Shown here piece after piece: positions 19,192-29,174 of a stretch of 64,000 nt of DNA (position 1 is the first letter of the stretch; each line of letters begins with the position of its first letter). The notes under the pieces were generated by a model. That model was given only the letters and a program-made list of their open reading frames with translations, did no database searches and had not been told where the DNA came from. Location: assembly GCA_011911785.1 (NCBI GenBank), contig GCA_011911785.1_4084.1; one strand, 5' to 3'. This stretch comes from a phage. The position numbers were made by a program, and so were the translations under genes.

Positions 19192-19734
19192 ATGCCTGTA
19201 TTTTCAAAGAACAAAACAACAGAGATCATTTATAAATCAAAAGAATTTGAAGTACTAGAAGAATTTGATAGAGATTCATTTGATGGATATAAAATAGTAA
19301 AAGAAAAAGGAACTATCAATCATATTGTTGAGTACATGGGAGGTGTAGAACTAGCAAAAATCACTTGTAGACCTACAAAAAACCCAGTAATTTTTTCTGT
19401 TCGCTATGGACATTACGGAGAAGAGCGATATAATTCTAATACAGTATCAAGGAAATTCCATGTTGTAGATGGGAAATTAGAAGGGGAATCCAGACAATAT
19501 AGTGTTCTTGGACTTCCTTTGTCAGTGAAGTACTTCCATCAAGGACATGATGTTACTATTGAAATTATGGATTTTATTGGGTTCAATGGTACAGTAGATG
19601 ACTTCAACTTCTATGTATTAGCAGAAGATGAAGCATTCAATATAATGATGAAGTACGGTTCTAGATTTAAATTTTTATATGAGTACAACCTGGACAGTAA
19701 ACTGTTCGATAATATCTTACAGAACTGTCTATAA
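19192..19734 (+). CDS. hypothetical protein
   Basis: 180 aa ORF with AAAGGAA RBS. Confidence 0.65.
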   Translation: MPVFSKNKTTEIIYKSKEFEVLEEFDRDSFDGYKIVKEKGTINHIVEYMGGVELAKITCRPTKNPVIFSVRYGHYGEERYNSNTVSRKFHVVDGKLEGESRQYSVLGLPLSVKYFHQGHDVTIEIMDFIGFNGTVDDFNFYVLAEDEAFNIMMKYGSRFKFLYEYNLDSKLFDNILQNCL

Positions 19735-19751
19735 TTAAAGGACTTAATGAT

Positions 19752-20279
19752 ATGGGGAAAAAGGATAATCCCACAAAAAACAAACATTCAGTACACTTCA
19801 GTACTGGAAAAGATAACTGGACTACTCCAAAGGAATTCTTTGAAGATTTGGATGAAGTCTGGGGATTTACACTTGATGCAGCATGTGTTAAAGAAACTGC
19901 ATTATGTGACAAGTTTTTTACACCGGAAGATGATAGTCTTTCACAGGATTGGGGAAACAATATCGTCTGGTTAAACCCCCCTTACAGTGACTTAAAACCT
20001 TGGCTATCTAAGGCAGTTGATGCTTATAATAATGGTGCAACAGTACTGATACTTGTTCCATCACGTACTGATACAATTGCATTTCAGGAATATGCATCTA
20101 AGCTTTGTGACTGTATTTGTTTTATTAAAGGACGTTTAAAATTTGGCATCCCTGAAGAACCAGATAAAAAGACTGATAGTGCTCCATTCCCTAGCTGTTT
20201 AATAGTACTGGATAAGTACTTAACACCAGCTAAAATCAACCATCTTAAATCTATCGGTCAGGTGATGAAGAATATATGA
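19752..20279 (+). CDS. DNA N6-adenine methyltransferase (phage Dam-like family)
   Basis: 175 aa; TLDAAC...WLNPPYS (NPPY catalytic motif), LVPSRTDT, ICFIKGRLKF as in phage N6A-MTase family. Confidence 0.8.
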   Translation: MGKKDNPTKNKHSVHFSTGKDNWTTPKEFFEDLDEVWGFTLDAACVKETALCDKFFTPEDDSLSQDWGNNIVWLNPPYSDLKPWLSKAVDAYNNGATVLILVPSRTDTIAFQEYASKLCDCICFIKGRLKFGIPEEPDKKTDSAPFPSCLIVLDKYLTPAKINHLKSIGQVMKNI

Positions 20280-20815
20280 AAGACACTTGTATAGTAACGT
20301 ATGGACGTATAAATCCAGTGCATTTGGGACATGGGTTAATTTTTGATAAAGCCGTATCGATGAAAGAACAATACAATGCTGATTTAAAAATATACCTTAG
20401 TACTACACAAGATTGTATCAAGAATCCATTACCACCTGAATTGAAAATGTATTACACTGAGGGTTTCTATCCAAGAATTCAACACAACATCAGTACTGAA
20501 GATAATCTTTTTGATATTATGCAGGAATTGAATGGTAAGTACAGTGATGTTCTTTTCATATGTGGTTCAGACAGGATAGAAAACTTTCAAAATGTACTTG
20601 ACAGATACAATGGAAACTTGTATAATTTTCGTAATATAAAAGCAATCCAAGCTGGTATAGACCGAACCGTTAGCAAGTACAGTTCAACTGAAATGCGTTC
20701 TTTTGCTAAGCGTGATGATTTTGAAAGCTTCAGTTCTTATCTACCAGGTGATGATAATGACTTGAAAATAAAACTTTTTAAAGATGTAATAAAATACATG
20801 AGGAAAGAACCATGA
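20276..20815 (+). CDS. nucleotidyltransferase, cytidylyltransferase-like (PPAT/NMNAT superfamily)
   Basis: 179 aa; N-terminal YGRINPVHLGH (HxGH motif) and C-terminal SSTEMR (ISSTxxR-like) motif. Confidence 0.55.
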   Translation: MKDTCIVTYGRINPVHLGHGLIFDKAVSMKEQYNADLKIYLSTTQDCIKNPLPPELKMYYTEGFYPRIQHNISTEDNLFDIMQELNGKYSDVLFICGSDRIENFQNVLDRYNGNLYNFRNIKAIQAGIDRTVSKYSSTEMRSFAKRDDFESFSSYLPGDDNDLKIKLFKDVIKYMRKEP

Positions 20816-21105
20816 CAGTACTCTTCAAAACTAACCCAGTACTATGGGAACAAAATGAAAGTTCAGGATATCGTAATATCCAAGTAGAATACAAAGGTAA
20901 CACTATTGTATCGGTTGTTGCGAACAAAACCCTAGGTGAATGGACATGTCAAGTGGTTCCAATGGGTTATTCATATCGTCTGGATGAAGTTGAATTTCTC
21001 GCTAATCTTTATTCACAAATGCAGTTCATTATGAACTTTCTTTGCACTGATACTGATCTTACACACGATGATGTAATCAACTTACTGGACAATTTACATG
21101 TCTGA
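20812..21105 (+). CDS. hypothetical protein
   Basis: 97 aa ORF, ATGA overlap with upstream. Confidence 0.55.
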   Translation: MTVLFKTNPVLWEQNESSGYRNIQVEYKGNTIVSVVANKTLGEWTCQVVPMGYSYRLDEVEFLANLYSQMQFIMNFLCTDTDLTHDDVINLLDNLHV

Positions 21106-21388
21106 AATAAATGATATCACTTCTATCATATTGGATGAGTGTATTTTAGGATCATACGAAACATTTTCAGTACTAGACGGTATAGAACTATGGCACATTA
21201 AATGCCGTGGTATCAATGGCTTCAGTACTGAATGTAAAAAACTCTTGACTTCGTGCAGTACTGAAGGTAAACTGTGTACAGTGAGGTCATCACCGAGTCT
21301 TTCATATACTGGATATATAATTTATCTTGGAAGTGATCATTTATTCTATCTCACCAAGGAGAACTATTTTGACAAATACAAACAGTAA
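21098..21388 (+). CDS. hypothetical protein
   Basis: 96 aa ORF. Confidence 0.5.
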   Translation: MSEINDITSIILDECILGSYETFSVLDGIELWHIKCRGINGFSTECKKLLTSCSTEGKLCTVRSSPSLSYTGYIIYLGSDHLFYLTKENYFDKYKQ

Positions 21389-21986
21389 TACATATTTTCG
21401 TTACCTACGCCTTGGGCTATCACTTCGTCCAATTCGAGGTAAATGTGATTCTCTTGCTGATTTAGATTATGCATATTCCATTTATGATGATGGTGTACAG
21501 TATGTTCTGGGTGACTTCGGTGAGTTTGAAGAAACCAATGACAGTACTGGTATTATGGACGGCATTGAGAATCTAGATTGCATCGTAAACAGTTCAAGAC
21601 ATGATGTAATCAAAGAAATTCATAAATTTATTGAAACTAACACAGCAAAAACTACATGGTGTTTAGTAGGTACAGATCCACAAATGGCAATTGCTTTTGG
21701 TAATGAAGATGGATATGTAGCACAACTTATCATGGATTTTGCATCTAAAGAGAAATTTGAAGAATTCAAAGCAAAGATGGTTCAATCACTTCTTCAGATG
21801 GGTATCCCTGAAGATAAGATGCCAGAGATTCAAGATATTGAAGAATTTGTCTTAATTCCTTCAGATGAAAAATATGACGTATTATTCAGTACTCTGAACA
21901 TTCCAGGTGTTATCGTTGAAAGCTTTGATGACGATGATGGTGAAATCTACATCGAACTGGATGATGATGACGACGACGATGAATAA
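21327..21986 (+). CDS. hypothetical protein with poly-Asp/Glu C-terminal tail
   Basis: 219 aa; ends DDDDGEIYIELDDDDDDDE; start uncertain (overlaps upstream ORF). Confidence 0.55.
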   Translation: MEVIIYSISPRRTILTNTNSNTYFRYLRLGLSLRPIRGKCDSLADLDYAYSIYDDGVQYVLGDFGEFEETNDSTGIMDGIENLDCIVNSSRHDVIKEIHKFIETNTAKTTWCLVGTDPQMAIAFGNEDGYVAQLIMDFASKEKFEEFKAKMVQSLLQMGIPEDKMPEIQDIEEFVLIPSDEKYDVLFSTLNIPGVIVESFDDDDGEIYIELDDDDDDDE

Positions 21987-21991
21987 TAATT

Positions 21992-22020
21992 ATGCCCGAC
22001 TTTGTTCGGGCATCTTTTTA
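21992..22020 (+). terminator. rho-independent terminator
   Basis: Perfect stem ATGCCCGA/TCGGGCAT, loop CTTTGT, then CTTTTT. Confidence 0.7.
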
Positions 22021-22031
22021 AGGAAAAGTAA

Positions 22032-22304
22032 ATGGACTATCGAGTACTGAATAGAACATATAAAGCTTTATACAAAACATATATTGAAAGTAAAGTACAT
22101 AATCCTATCATTTATAAAAATCCAGTTTATATTATATGGAATGAATATTTTACAATGATTCAAAATTACTTTTACTCTAACGAAATCTTTATAGATGGTG
22201 AAATGCGTAAGCTAACACGCGTTGATAGTATAGGTGGTGAAATTGTGTTATTCTATACTGATTCTATTATTGGACAACAATCTATAAATTTAGAGATATT
22301 ATAA
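22032..22304 (+). CDS. hypothetical small protein, family B (~90 aa paralogs)
   Basis: 90 aa; first of five tandem copies. Confidence 0.6.
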   Translation: MDYRVLNRTYKALYKTYIESKVHNPIIYKNPVYIIWNEYFTMIQNYFYSNEIFIDGEMRKLTRVDSIGGEIVLFYTDSIIGQQSINLEIL

Positions 22305-22570
22305 TGAATTATAAGGATTTACATTTCACCTATAAACTAACATTTTATATGTATCGTTACGCTGATAACAACTTAATGGATAATGCATTTTATCATCGTT
22401 TGTGGAGTGATTATATAAAATCTTTACGTGAACATTTTATAGGTACTATAATTCAATACGAAGGTAAAACAGTAAAAATATTTCAAGTTGATAGTTACAA
22501 CGGGGATCTATGCTTCAGGGGTAGAGATTCTAGTGATGGATTACATGAGATTTATATCTATGAATTATAA
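22304..22570 (+). CDS. hypothetical small protein, family B
   Basis: 88 aa; MNYKDLHFTYKL N-terminus, REHFIGTIIQYEGK motif. Confidence 0.65.
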   Translation: MNYKDLHFTYKLTFYMYRYADNNLMDNAFYHRLWSDYIKSLREHFIGTIIQYEGKTVKIFQVDSYNGDLCFRGRDSSDGLHEIYIYEL

Positions 22571-22835
22571 GGATTTACAATTCACGTACAAAATTCTTCA
22601 TGAACAATATGAACGTGGTGAAGGAATATTAACTTACGATGAACGAGATTTTTTTCTTACATTGTGGTGTGAATATTTGGCAATGATTAACGAGATTTTT
22701 GTTGATAAAGAATATATGATTGACGACATGACTGTACGTATTATCAGAATTAAAAGTTATAATGGAAGTCTTGTTGGAATTTACTATAACAATGAAAAGG
22801 CGAAAAGCGGATTTGTTGATTTGGAGTACCTATGA
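22561..22835 (+). CDS. hypothetical small protein, family B
   Basis: Start moved to ATG 22561 (MNYKDLQFTYKI, DNA-level similar to start of 22304 copy); 91 aa. Confidence 0.6.
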
Positions 22836-23095
22836 ACTATCATGATTTACAATTCACATATCAACTTTTATATGATGATATGAATAACGAATTAGGTTTC
22901 TACTATGAAGTACGTAATAAAATATGGTCAAATTATCTATCTGAGATACAACATCATTTTATAGGACTTCCAATACGTAGAAATAATAAAAACTATCGTT
23001 GTACTGATGTAGTAAGTCATAGAGGTAGGTTGCGTTTAGAATTCTACCGCAGAGACGGGGACTTCATTGGTATAAATTTACTGGATTTTAAATGA
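22832..23095 (+). CDS. hypothetical small protein, family B
   Basis: 87 aa; MNYHDLQFTYQL, QHHFIGLPI motif. Confidence 0.65.
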   Translation: MNYHDLQFTYQLLYDDMNNELGFYYEVRNKIWSNYLSEIQHHFIGLPIRRNNKNYRCTDVVSHRGRLRLEFYRRDGDFIGINLLDFK

Positions 23096-23379
23096 TGAAA
23101 AACAACTTAAAGGAAATACAAGTATTTTATAGCTTCTTATACTTGTCATATGTAACAGATGAGTACTATGAAAGTGTGTATTATTTTTTATGGCAACATT
23201 ACCGTACTATAGTAAGAGATTTATATATAGGAAAATCTATCATATCCAATGGTGAAAAATGTACCTGTACTGATGTTGTTAGTTTTAATGGTTCTTTAAC
23301 ACTGTGTTTCAGATGCGATAATAATAGTGGGTCATTTTCATTAAACGTATATCAGTTAGAAGGAATAAATTTTGAATAA
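23092..23379 (+). CDS. hypothetical small protein, family B
   Basis: 95 aa; RDLYIGKSIISNGEK motif. Confidence 0.65.
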   Translation: MMKNNLKEIQVFYSFLYLSYVTDEYYESVYYFLWQHYRTIVRDLYIGKSIISNGEKCTCTDVVSFNGSLTLCFRCDNNSGSFSLNVYQLEGINFE

Positions 23380-23572
23380 GTGTCCATATTGTAACAGTAC
23401 TCAATTAGCTCGTTTCCGCTTAGATTCAGACTGGGCCACTGGTGCTGGGGATTTCTTTCCCATCAATGATGATGCGGAATACACTGAAGAACAGCACAAA
23501 GATTTTGATAAATCATGGCGACCAGACATTGAGTGCATTTATTGCCTTAATTGTGAGCGTGTACATGACTAA
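23372..23572 (+). CDS. zinc-ribbon protein
   Basis: 66 aa; CPYC ... CIYCLNC cysteine pairs. Confidence 0.55.
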   Translation: MNKCPYCNSTQLARFRLDSDWATGAGDFFPINDDAEYTEEQHKDFDKSWRPDIECIYCLNCERVHD

Positions 23573-23828
23573 AGCTGAACTAATAGTTCATACATATAAA
23601 ATGATAGCCAGTACTGAGTTATCCTGTGGTGCAGATAATCCAGTACTGGACTATTTTATAGAATCTTTGAAAGAACATTATATTGGTAAATCACTGATTC
23701 TTAATAATATTAATTTCACTGTAAAGGATGTAGCACCTGGAAAAAACGTACTAATAGTATGTGTTACTTCATCTGATAACCCAGTATACCCAATAACAAT
23801 AATTTTTGAGGTATTAGGTGATTTATGA
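23565..23828 (+). CDS. hypothetical small protein, family B
   Basis: Start at ATG 23565 (ATGACTAA overlap with upstream stop); KEHYIGKSLILNN motif. Confidence 0.55.
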   Translation: MTKAELIVHTYKMIASTELSCGADNPVLDYFIESLKEHYIGKSLILNNINFTVKDVAPGKNVLIVCVTSSDNPVYPITIIFEVLGDL

Positions 23829-24115
23829 ATATCATTTTAATACAGAAAACATATTCTATATTGGTGAAAGATTATTCCATTACTTTCGATTCACAAGAAA
23901 GTGCTCTACATAACCTATACAAAAACGTAACACAAGAATACAGAAATATGTTTTCTGACTTAGTAGTAGGAAGGTATTTCAGTACTAGAAAATATCCAAA
24001 ACTTCAAGCAGAGGATGTTTCTTTTTATTTCAATGGTCATATTACTATTCATAGTTTAGACCAAAATTCACCAACGTACTTAAACTTTTCATTCGATGAG
24101 GTAACCTTTTTATGA
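23825..24115 (+). CDS. hypothetical small protein, family B-like
   Basis: 96 aa; similar size and architecture. Confidence 0.55.
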   Translation: MNIILIQKTYSILVKDYSITFDSQESALHNLYKNVTQEYRNMFSDLVVGRYFSTRKYPKLQAEDVSFYFNGHITIHSLDQNSPTYLNFSFDEVTFL

Positions 24116-24294
24116 GAACATTATTTTTTATCTGGAGTCTTTTTTCTCTTGCAGTACTGACAGTTGCAGGTGCTTATTCATTTTCAACAATGAATACATG
24201 GTATATCAATTTACTATTTCCAATTGTCGGTGTAGGTTTAGGATTTACTTTACATAGTGTATGTAAGGATTTCAATGACAAATCAAACAAATGA
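24112..24294 (+). CDS. small membrane protein
   Basis: 60 aa, two hydrophobic helices. Confidence 0.45.
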   Translation: MRTLFFIWSLFSLAVLTVAGAYSFSTMNTWYINLLFPIVGVGLGFTLHSVCKDFNDKSNK

Positions 24295-24559
24295 AGTACT
24301 TATTGCTGAAACAATGAAGATGATTTATAGTATTACTACAGCACAGAATATGCCCTATCCCATTAAGTCTTTATTGAGGACCGTGTATCTTGTGACTGTG
24401 CAGGAATACTATAAATCCAAGCACAAAAGCATTATTAGTGTTTATCGTGATTATGAAAGGATTCGTATTTTGTACTGGAACAAGAACCGAGTACGTTCTG
24501 AATGTGACCTTGCGGACTTCAAATTAGAGAATCTTTATTGTTATAAAGCGGGACAGTAG
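24257..24559 (+). CDS. hypothetical protein
   Basis: 100 aa ORF; start uncertain. Confidence 0.45.
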   Translation: MYVRISMTNQTNEVLIAETMKMIYSITTAQNMPYPIKSLLRTVYLVTVQEYYKSKHKSIISVYRDYERIRILYWNKNRVRSECDLADFKLENLYCYKAGQ

Positions 24560-24577
24560 TATAAGTAGTGATATAAT
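24550..24577 (+). promoter_or_regulatory. candidate promoter with extended -10
   Basis: GGGACA, 16-nt spacer, TGATATAAT (TATAAT 24572-24577); upstream of GTG start 24618 with AAGGAG RBS. Confidence 0.4.
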
Positions 24578-24617
24578 TGTTGGTATGGAATAATAACTAA
24601 CACAAGGAGCGTGTAGA

Positions 24618-25346
24618 GTGATTGACCGTATCAGATTTGCCAGCGAGTTAGCAAACCAATTAAACATTGCAAATTTCCAAATGCTAACATCCGTAATGGC
24701 AGAACATGCAACTGCATATTCAGTAAGTGGTGTCCAATGCGGACAAGAGAATTTACTAGCTGATGTATACAGTGAAGTGCAAGGTAAACAATATTCAGTC
24801 AAAACATACAAGGATAAGTTTGTTAGTCTGTATATGAACGGCGATATTGAAGAAGAACGTAAGTTTACCGATTTTATTATTGAACGCCGTGTATCAGGTG
24901 TGTCAAACCCGAATGCTGCAAGTGATGTAGTATTTGATGAAGTACTGAAAGATATATACGAAAATGAAGCGAAAAGTAAGAATCATTACAATGTACGTGA
25001 AACTAACACAGTGCTCTTGGGATATGATGAAGACGAATTTTTCTATTATTTCCGTATAACTGAAGTACCTTTTGATTATAAAAAACCACATACCACATGT
25101 GCTCGTGAATTTACTGAAAAGAGTAAAAACTACAAAAAGCACGAAGGCAATCGTTGTAGTGTAAATGGTTATGATGAGAATGGTGTACACATTTATGAAT
25201 GGGTACATCCGAACTGTCAGACTTACACACGTTGCCTTAAAAAGAGATATAATTTAGAAGAACATGAATCTTTCTACTTCAAAGTTAAGAAGCAAGATTA
25301 TAACAGACCAGACGATTCTGAATTACTTGGTATGATTTACTTCTAA
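24618..25346 (+). CDS. hypothetical protein
   Basis: 242 aa; GTG start 8 nt after AAGGAG. Confidence 0.6.
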   Translation: MIDRIRFASELANQLNIANFQMLTSVMAEHATAYSVSGVQCGQENLLADVYSEVQGKQYSVKTYKDKFVSLYMNGDIEEERKFTDFIIERRVSGVSNPNAASDVVFDEVLKDIYENEAKSKNHYNVRETNTVLLGYDEDEFFYYFRITEVPFDYKKPHTTCAREFTEKSKNYKKHEGNRCSVNGYDENGVHIYEWVHPNCQTYTRCLKKRYNLEEHESFYFKVKKQDYNRPDDSELLGMIYF

Positions 25347-25354
25347 GGTAAGTT

Positions 25355-25633
25355 ATGAATTTACAAAGAGATGTGTGGACATATGAATATCTTTTAGAAC
25401 TTTATGGTGATATGTATCTTAAAAATAAACCATACATAGACGATATAAGGGCTATGATAGATGATTTTTCTTCTGAGTTTATTCCACTTTATACTAATAA
25501 AGAAGTTACACATAAATCAATGAATAAATCAGGTATTATTGATGAAATTGATTTTGATACACATGGTGTGTATTTTTATATTATTTTCTCCAATGATACT
25601 GTTGGTATATACACGTATAAAGAATTAAAATAA
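25355..25633 (+). CDS. hypothetical protein
   Basis: 92 aa ORF followed by terminator. Confidence 0.55.
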   Translation: MNLQRDVWTYEYLLELYGDMYLKNKPYIDDIRAMIDDFSSEFIPLYTNKEVTHKSMNKSGIIDEIDFDTHGVYFYIIFSNDTVGIYTYKELK

Positions 25634-25639
25634 GTACAG

Positions 25640-25665
25640 GCCAGCATGGATTGCTGGTCTTTTTT
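25640..25665 (+). terminator. rho-independent terminator
   Basis: Stem GCCAGCA/TGCTGGT then CTTTTTT. Confidence 0.65.
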
Positions 25666-25676
25666 GTAGGTACATT

Positions 25677-25976
25677 ATGGACAAAATACAATTAGTTAGT
25701 AGTACGATAACAATGCTTGCTGATGTTGCCAGATGGAGCAGTGGTGGTTCAGTTAGTACTATGCTCGGTATACTCACGCAATACACCTATACCTGCAATG
25801 CAATGTTATATGGTAAGGAAGTTGAAATTGATGATCCCTATGGAATTCCCATATCATATGACCGAGGTGTAATAAAAAGAGTTACTCTGAGACTAACATA
25901 TCATCCATATTTTGTAGTAGAACTTCCTGATGGAAAATTAAGAGAATATGTTGCTAAAAGGTTAAAACTAAAATGA
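25677..25976 (+). CDS. hypothetical protein
   Basis: 99 aa ORF. Confidence 0.55.
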   Translation: MDKIQLVSSTITMLADVARWSSGGSVSTMLGILTQYTYTCNAMLYGKEVEIDDPYGIPISYDRGVIKRVTLRLTYHPYFVVELPDGKLREYVAKRLKLK

Positions 25977-26551
25977 ATATTGTAGAATTAAGTACTAAGC
26001 TGATTACTATGCGTAACGAGTGGTACAATTGGTATTATAACGGTACTGACATGGATTTTTCAAAATATCCATTTATGGAATCAGGATGTGATTCAAGATA
26101 CCGCTGGTTGAGTAAAGATGATTCTGGTTTACATATTCGAGTTGATGATAGTGGTCAGGGAATTATAAAAGATTTACTTCAAGTTGAAGAACTCGTCCAT
26201 GATGAGTGGTGTGATAATGATCCATACCTAGGAAATATAATTTATGTAACTGAAGATGATTGTATATTCGTCATTCAGCGTCATGGTGATTCTATGTTTT
26301 ATATAGCAGACAGCAGTACACCTGAAGGTGCAGCATCAGATGGTCTTATTCCTAAGATTAATATATTAGATTTTGGCTTACCTGAGCACTTCCAGATGAG
26401 TACTCTATTCGATATTCCACCGTTTGAGTTTTTTGAAGAATTTAAATTGTACTACAGTGAACTTCAAAAATTGAGTACCGAGAGTCGTATTGAAATAACA
26501 GTCAGGTACATGGACGGGGTAAAATTAACCGACACGGGGATAGAATTTTGA
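25973..26551 (+). CDS. hypothetical protein, family A
   Basis: 192 aa; motif PEHFQMSTLF. Confidence 0.65.
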   Translation: MNIVELSTKLITMRNEWYNWYYNGTDMDFSKYPFMESGCDSRYRWLSKDDSGLHIRVDDSGQGIIKDLLQVEELVHDEWCDNDPYLGNIIYVTEDDCIFVIQRHGDSMFYIADSSTPEGAASDGLIPKINILDFGLPEHFQMSTLFDIPPFEFFEEFKLYYSELQKLSTESRIEITVRYMDGVKLTDTGIEF

Positions 26552-27237
26552 TTAAAGACTTAGACCGAATTTTGTATGTACTAAGGGGTGTAATTACTTT
26601 ACAACCACAGATTAACCGCATGGAGAGAGCCTTTGAATTAAAATCAAGAGAAACTCCATATTCACATATATCAAATGTAGTTGGTTCATTCTGCTCTGAA
26701 GACTCTGCATATGATATATATGTGTGTGAAGTACAGCCCAGTAATGATCTTGGTTTTGCAATCTTCGATAAAAATCAAGTACTGGTCAGTATGTTTCAGT
26801 GTAATAATCCTTTCTGGAAAACATGCCTGTACCCTGATTGGGCTATGCTTGACCCTACGAATAGTAAGATTAAAGTATATGACTCTAAGAATGAAGAAGT
26901 TGTTATTGATTTAGATGAATCAATGACAGAGGAAGAACACTTCCAGCTTATGATGATGCGTGCGATGCCAGACTATGAAGCAATGATTAACACAGTACAA
27001 TACATTAAGGATACGATGAGATCATTGTGTAATCATGAGTTTTGTCATCCAGTATCGTATGAACATTTGGATTTAGATTTCAGTACTATCAAGTTTAAAG
27101 ATAGTGTTATTGAATATATCCAAGAGAACACTAAATTTGATTTTATTAGTACTATGATTAATAATCCTGATACAAATTTCAGACGACAGTACAATGAGTC
27201 TTTATCTAATGGACGTGATACCAGTTGGTGGAAATAA
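26548..27237 (+). CDS. hypothetical protein, family A
   Basis: 229 aa; motif EEEHFQLMMM. Confidence 0.6.
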   Translation: MIKDLDRILYVLRGVITLQPQINRMERAFELKSRETPYSHISNVVGSFCSEDSAYDIYVCEVQPSNDLGFAIFDKNQVLVSMFQCNNPFWKTCLYPDWAMLDPTNSKIKVYDSKNEEVVIDLDESMTEEEHFQLMMMRAMPDYEAMINTVQYIKDTMRSLCNHEFCHPVSYEHLDLDFSTIKFKDSVIEYIQENTKFDFISTMINNPDTNFRRQYNESLSNGRDTSWWK

Positions 27238-27238
27238 T

Positions 27239-27502
27239 ATGAATATCCAAGATAGATTGCAATTGTTGCACACACTTGAAGAAGCTGCTTTTGAACTTGT
27301 TAATAAAATTGCACAAGAACTCCCAAAAGGAACCAACATTCGTGTTCGTGAAATGGATTATTTAACGGGAGAAATTGAAGAAAAAGTTCTAACAGTGATC
27401 AAAGTAACATACTATGAATCAGAGTTATCAATTCAATGTAAGTCAGATAATGGTTACGTTTCCTACTATGGCACAGATGTAGATATAGAGGTAATTAGAT
27501 GA
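27239..27502 (+). CDS. hypothetical small protein
   Basis: Start moved to ATG 27239 just after upstream stop; 87 aa. Confidence 0.5.
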   Translation: MNIQDRLQLLHTLEEAAFELVNKIAQELPKGTNIRVREMDYLTGEIEEKVLTVIKVTYYESELSIQCKSDNGYVSYYGTDVDIEVIR

Positions 27503-28644
27503 GTAATTTACGAGAAATATACAATGATTTAATGGAACTATGTGAATCTAATGATGCATTTTTCTATATAGATCACACAAGCCCAGGTGGTGGTTTATAC
27601 CGTGTATTCACCTATCGTCTGGCATCTTATACTGATTTCACAAATAAAAATGCACTAGAAACTCGTGGTTCTATGTGGGAAATTGATTCCAACGGAATTA
27701 TGATTCGTTGTGCAGCACGTACAATGAAAAAGTTCTTCAATGCATATGAAAACCCTTACACAATGTTCAGTACTGATACTACCTGTGATGATATTGCGGT
27801 TGTAATGCCTAAGCTAGATGGTTCTATCATCAGCACATTCCGTGATAACGATGGTGAAATCCGTTGTAAATCACACACTTCGTTATCGTCTGACCATGCT
27901 ATTAACAGTACTCGCCTTTTGAACGAGAACCAAAATCTCTATCAATACATTGATGAAGCAGACCGTTTGGGCTATACTGTGAATCTGGAATACACAAGCC
28001 CAGAGTATCGAATTGTGTTACCATATCAGGTGGAACAGTTATTTGTTCTTAACGTTCGTCATCGTATTAGTGGTGAGTTGTTATGCGGTAAAGCACTACG
28101 TGATAAGTTTCCATGCCTTTCACAGTACAGTACTAATATGACAGGTAATGACATTCATCATACATTCCCGATTATGCCTACATTTAAAGAGTCAATCGAT
28201 AAAGTACGTTCTATGCTTGACATTGAAGGTTTTGTGTGTATAATGAAAGATGGTACAATGTGCAAAATCAAAACTGACTGGTATTGCTCTTTGCATTTAA
28301 CAAAAGATTCCATTCTTATTGATTCCCATTTATATGAAGCTGTACTGACTGGTGCAAGTGATGACTTAAAACAATTGTTCAGTACTGATACATATGCAAT
28401 GGATAAGATATTAAGAATGGAACAATTGGTATTTTCGTGCTATAATGCTTTACAAGATGAGGTAGAAAGCTTCGTCCATGCATACAAGCACTTAGAGCGA
28501 AAGGAATTCGCACAAAAGGTTCAGCAAGATTTACCTAATGTATTGAACCGACAAGGCTTGGCCTTTGCGTTGTACAATGGCAAAAGTGTCGATTATAAAG
28601 AGACTTTACTAAAGTACTACAAAGATGTACTAAAGGATTTTTAG
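27499..28644 (+). CDS. rnlA: RNA ligase 1 (T4 RnlA-like)
   Basis: 381 aa; N-terminus and KxDG motif (VVMPKLDGSIIS) align with remembered T4 Rnl1 (NLMELC, YRxFxYxxASYxDF, RCxARxMxKFFN, MKDG, KIKxDWY). Confidence 0.9.
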   Translation: MSNLREIYNDLMELCESNDAFFYIDHTSPGGGLYRVFTYRLASYTDFTNKNALETRGSMWEIDSNGIMIRCAARTMKKFFNAYENPYTMFSTDTTCDDIAVVMPKLDGSIISTFRDNDGEIRCKSHTSLSSDHAINSTRLLNENQNLYQYIDEADRLGYTVNLEYTSPEYRIVLPYQVEQLFVLNVRHRISGELLCGKALRDKFPCLSQYSTNMTGNDIHHTFPIMPTFKESIDKVRSMLDIEGFVCIMKDGTMCKIKTDWYCSLHLTKDSILIDSHLYEAVLTGASDDLKQLFSTDTYAMDKILRMEQLVFSCYNALQDEVESFVHAYKHLERKEFAQKVQQDLPNVLNRQGLAFALYNGKSVDYKETLLKYYKDVLKDF

Positions 28645-28673
28645 TACTAACTAGCCCAGCACAAGGAGAAGTG

Positions 28674-28928
28674 ATGGCTAAACCTAAGTATAAAAATGAT
28701 GGTTCCCTTTCTCCTACTGAGTTCAGGAAAATACAACAAGAAATCGATGATTTACAGCACAAACGCTCAATGAAAGGTGTGAAGATTAGTAAGAAGCGAA
28801 TCGAGAATACTTTTGGGTGTAGTAGTACTGAATATAAGAAGAAAAGGAAACCAAAGGATGTTAAGCCGAGAATACATGATGTAACTCGCTATACATCAAA
28901 ACGTGAAAATAAATTCGATCCACTATAA
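28674..28928 (+). CDS. small basic protein, hypothetical
   Basis: AAGGAG RBS; ATG 28674 preferred over GTG 28671; Lys/Arg-rich. Confidence 0.5.
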   Translation: MAKPKYKNDGSLSPTEFRKIQQEIDDLQHKRSMKGVKISKKRIENTFGCSSTEYKKKRKPKDVKPRIHDVTRYTSKRENKFDPL

Positions 28929-28937
28929 GGAGTTCAT

Positions 28938-29174
28938 ATGAAAGTTGAAGTTCAGCATAGTATTGTTCAGGATATGTCAGTGGTTAAGTTTCTTTCTCTG
29001 AAAGATTACTTCAGATGTATCAAGTTCCTTGAAGAATCTCAATTACAGTGGACCCCCTTAAAGTACAGTTCATCCAATGACACTGCTAGTATTCGTTGTG
29101 ATGAAGCTGTACTTGTAAAAATCTCCAAGCGATTTGGAGTTGGGAAATACAATGAAAAACAATCATTCAAGTGA
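28938..29174 (+). CDS. hypothetical small protein
   Basis: 78 aa ORF with GGAG RBS. Confidence 0.5.
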   Translation: MKVEVQHSIVQDMSVVKFLSLKDYFRCIKFLEESQLQWTPLKYSSSNDTASIRCDEAVLVKISKRFGVGKYNEKQSFK

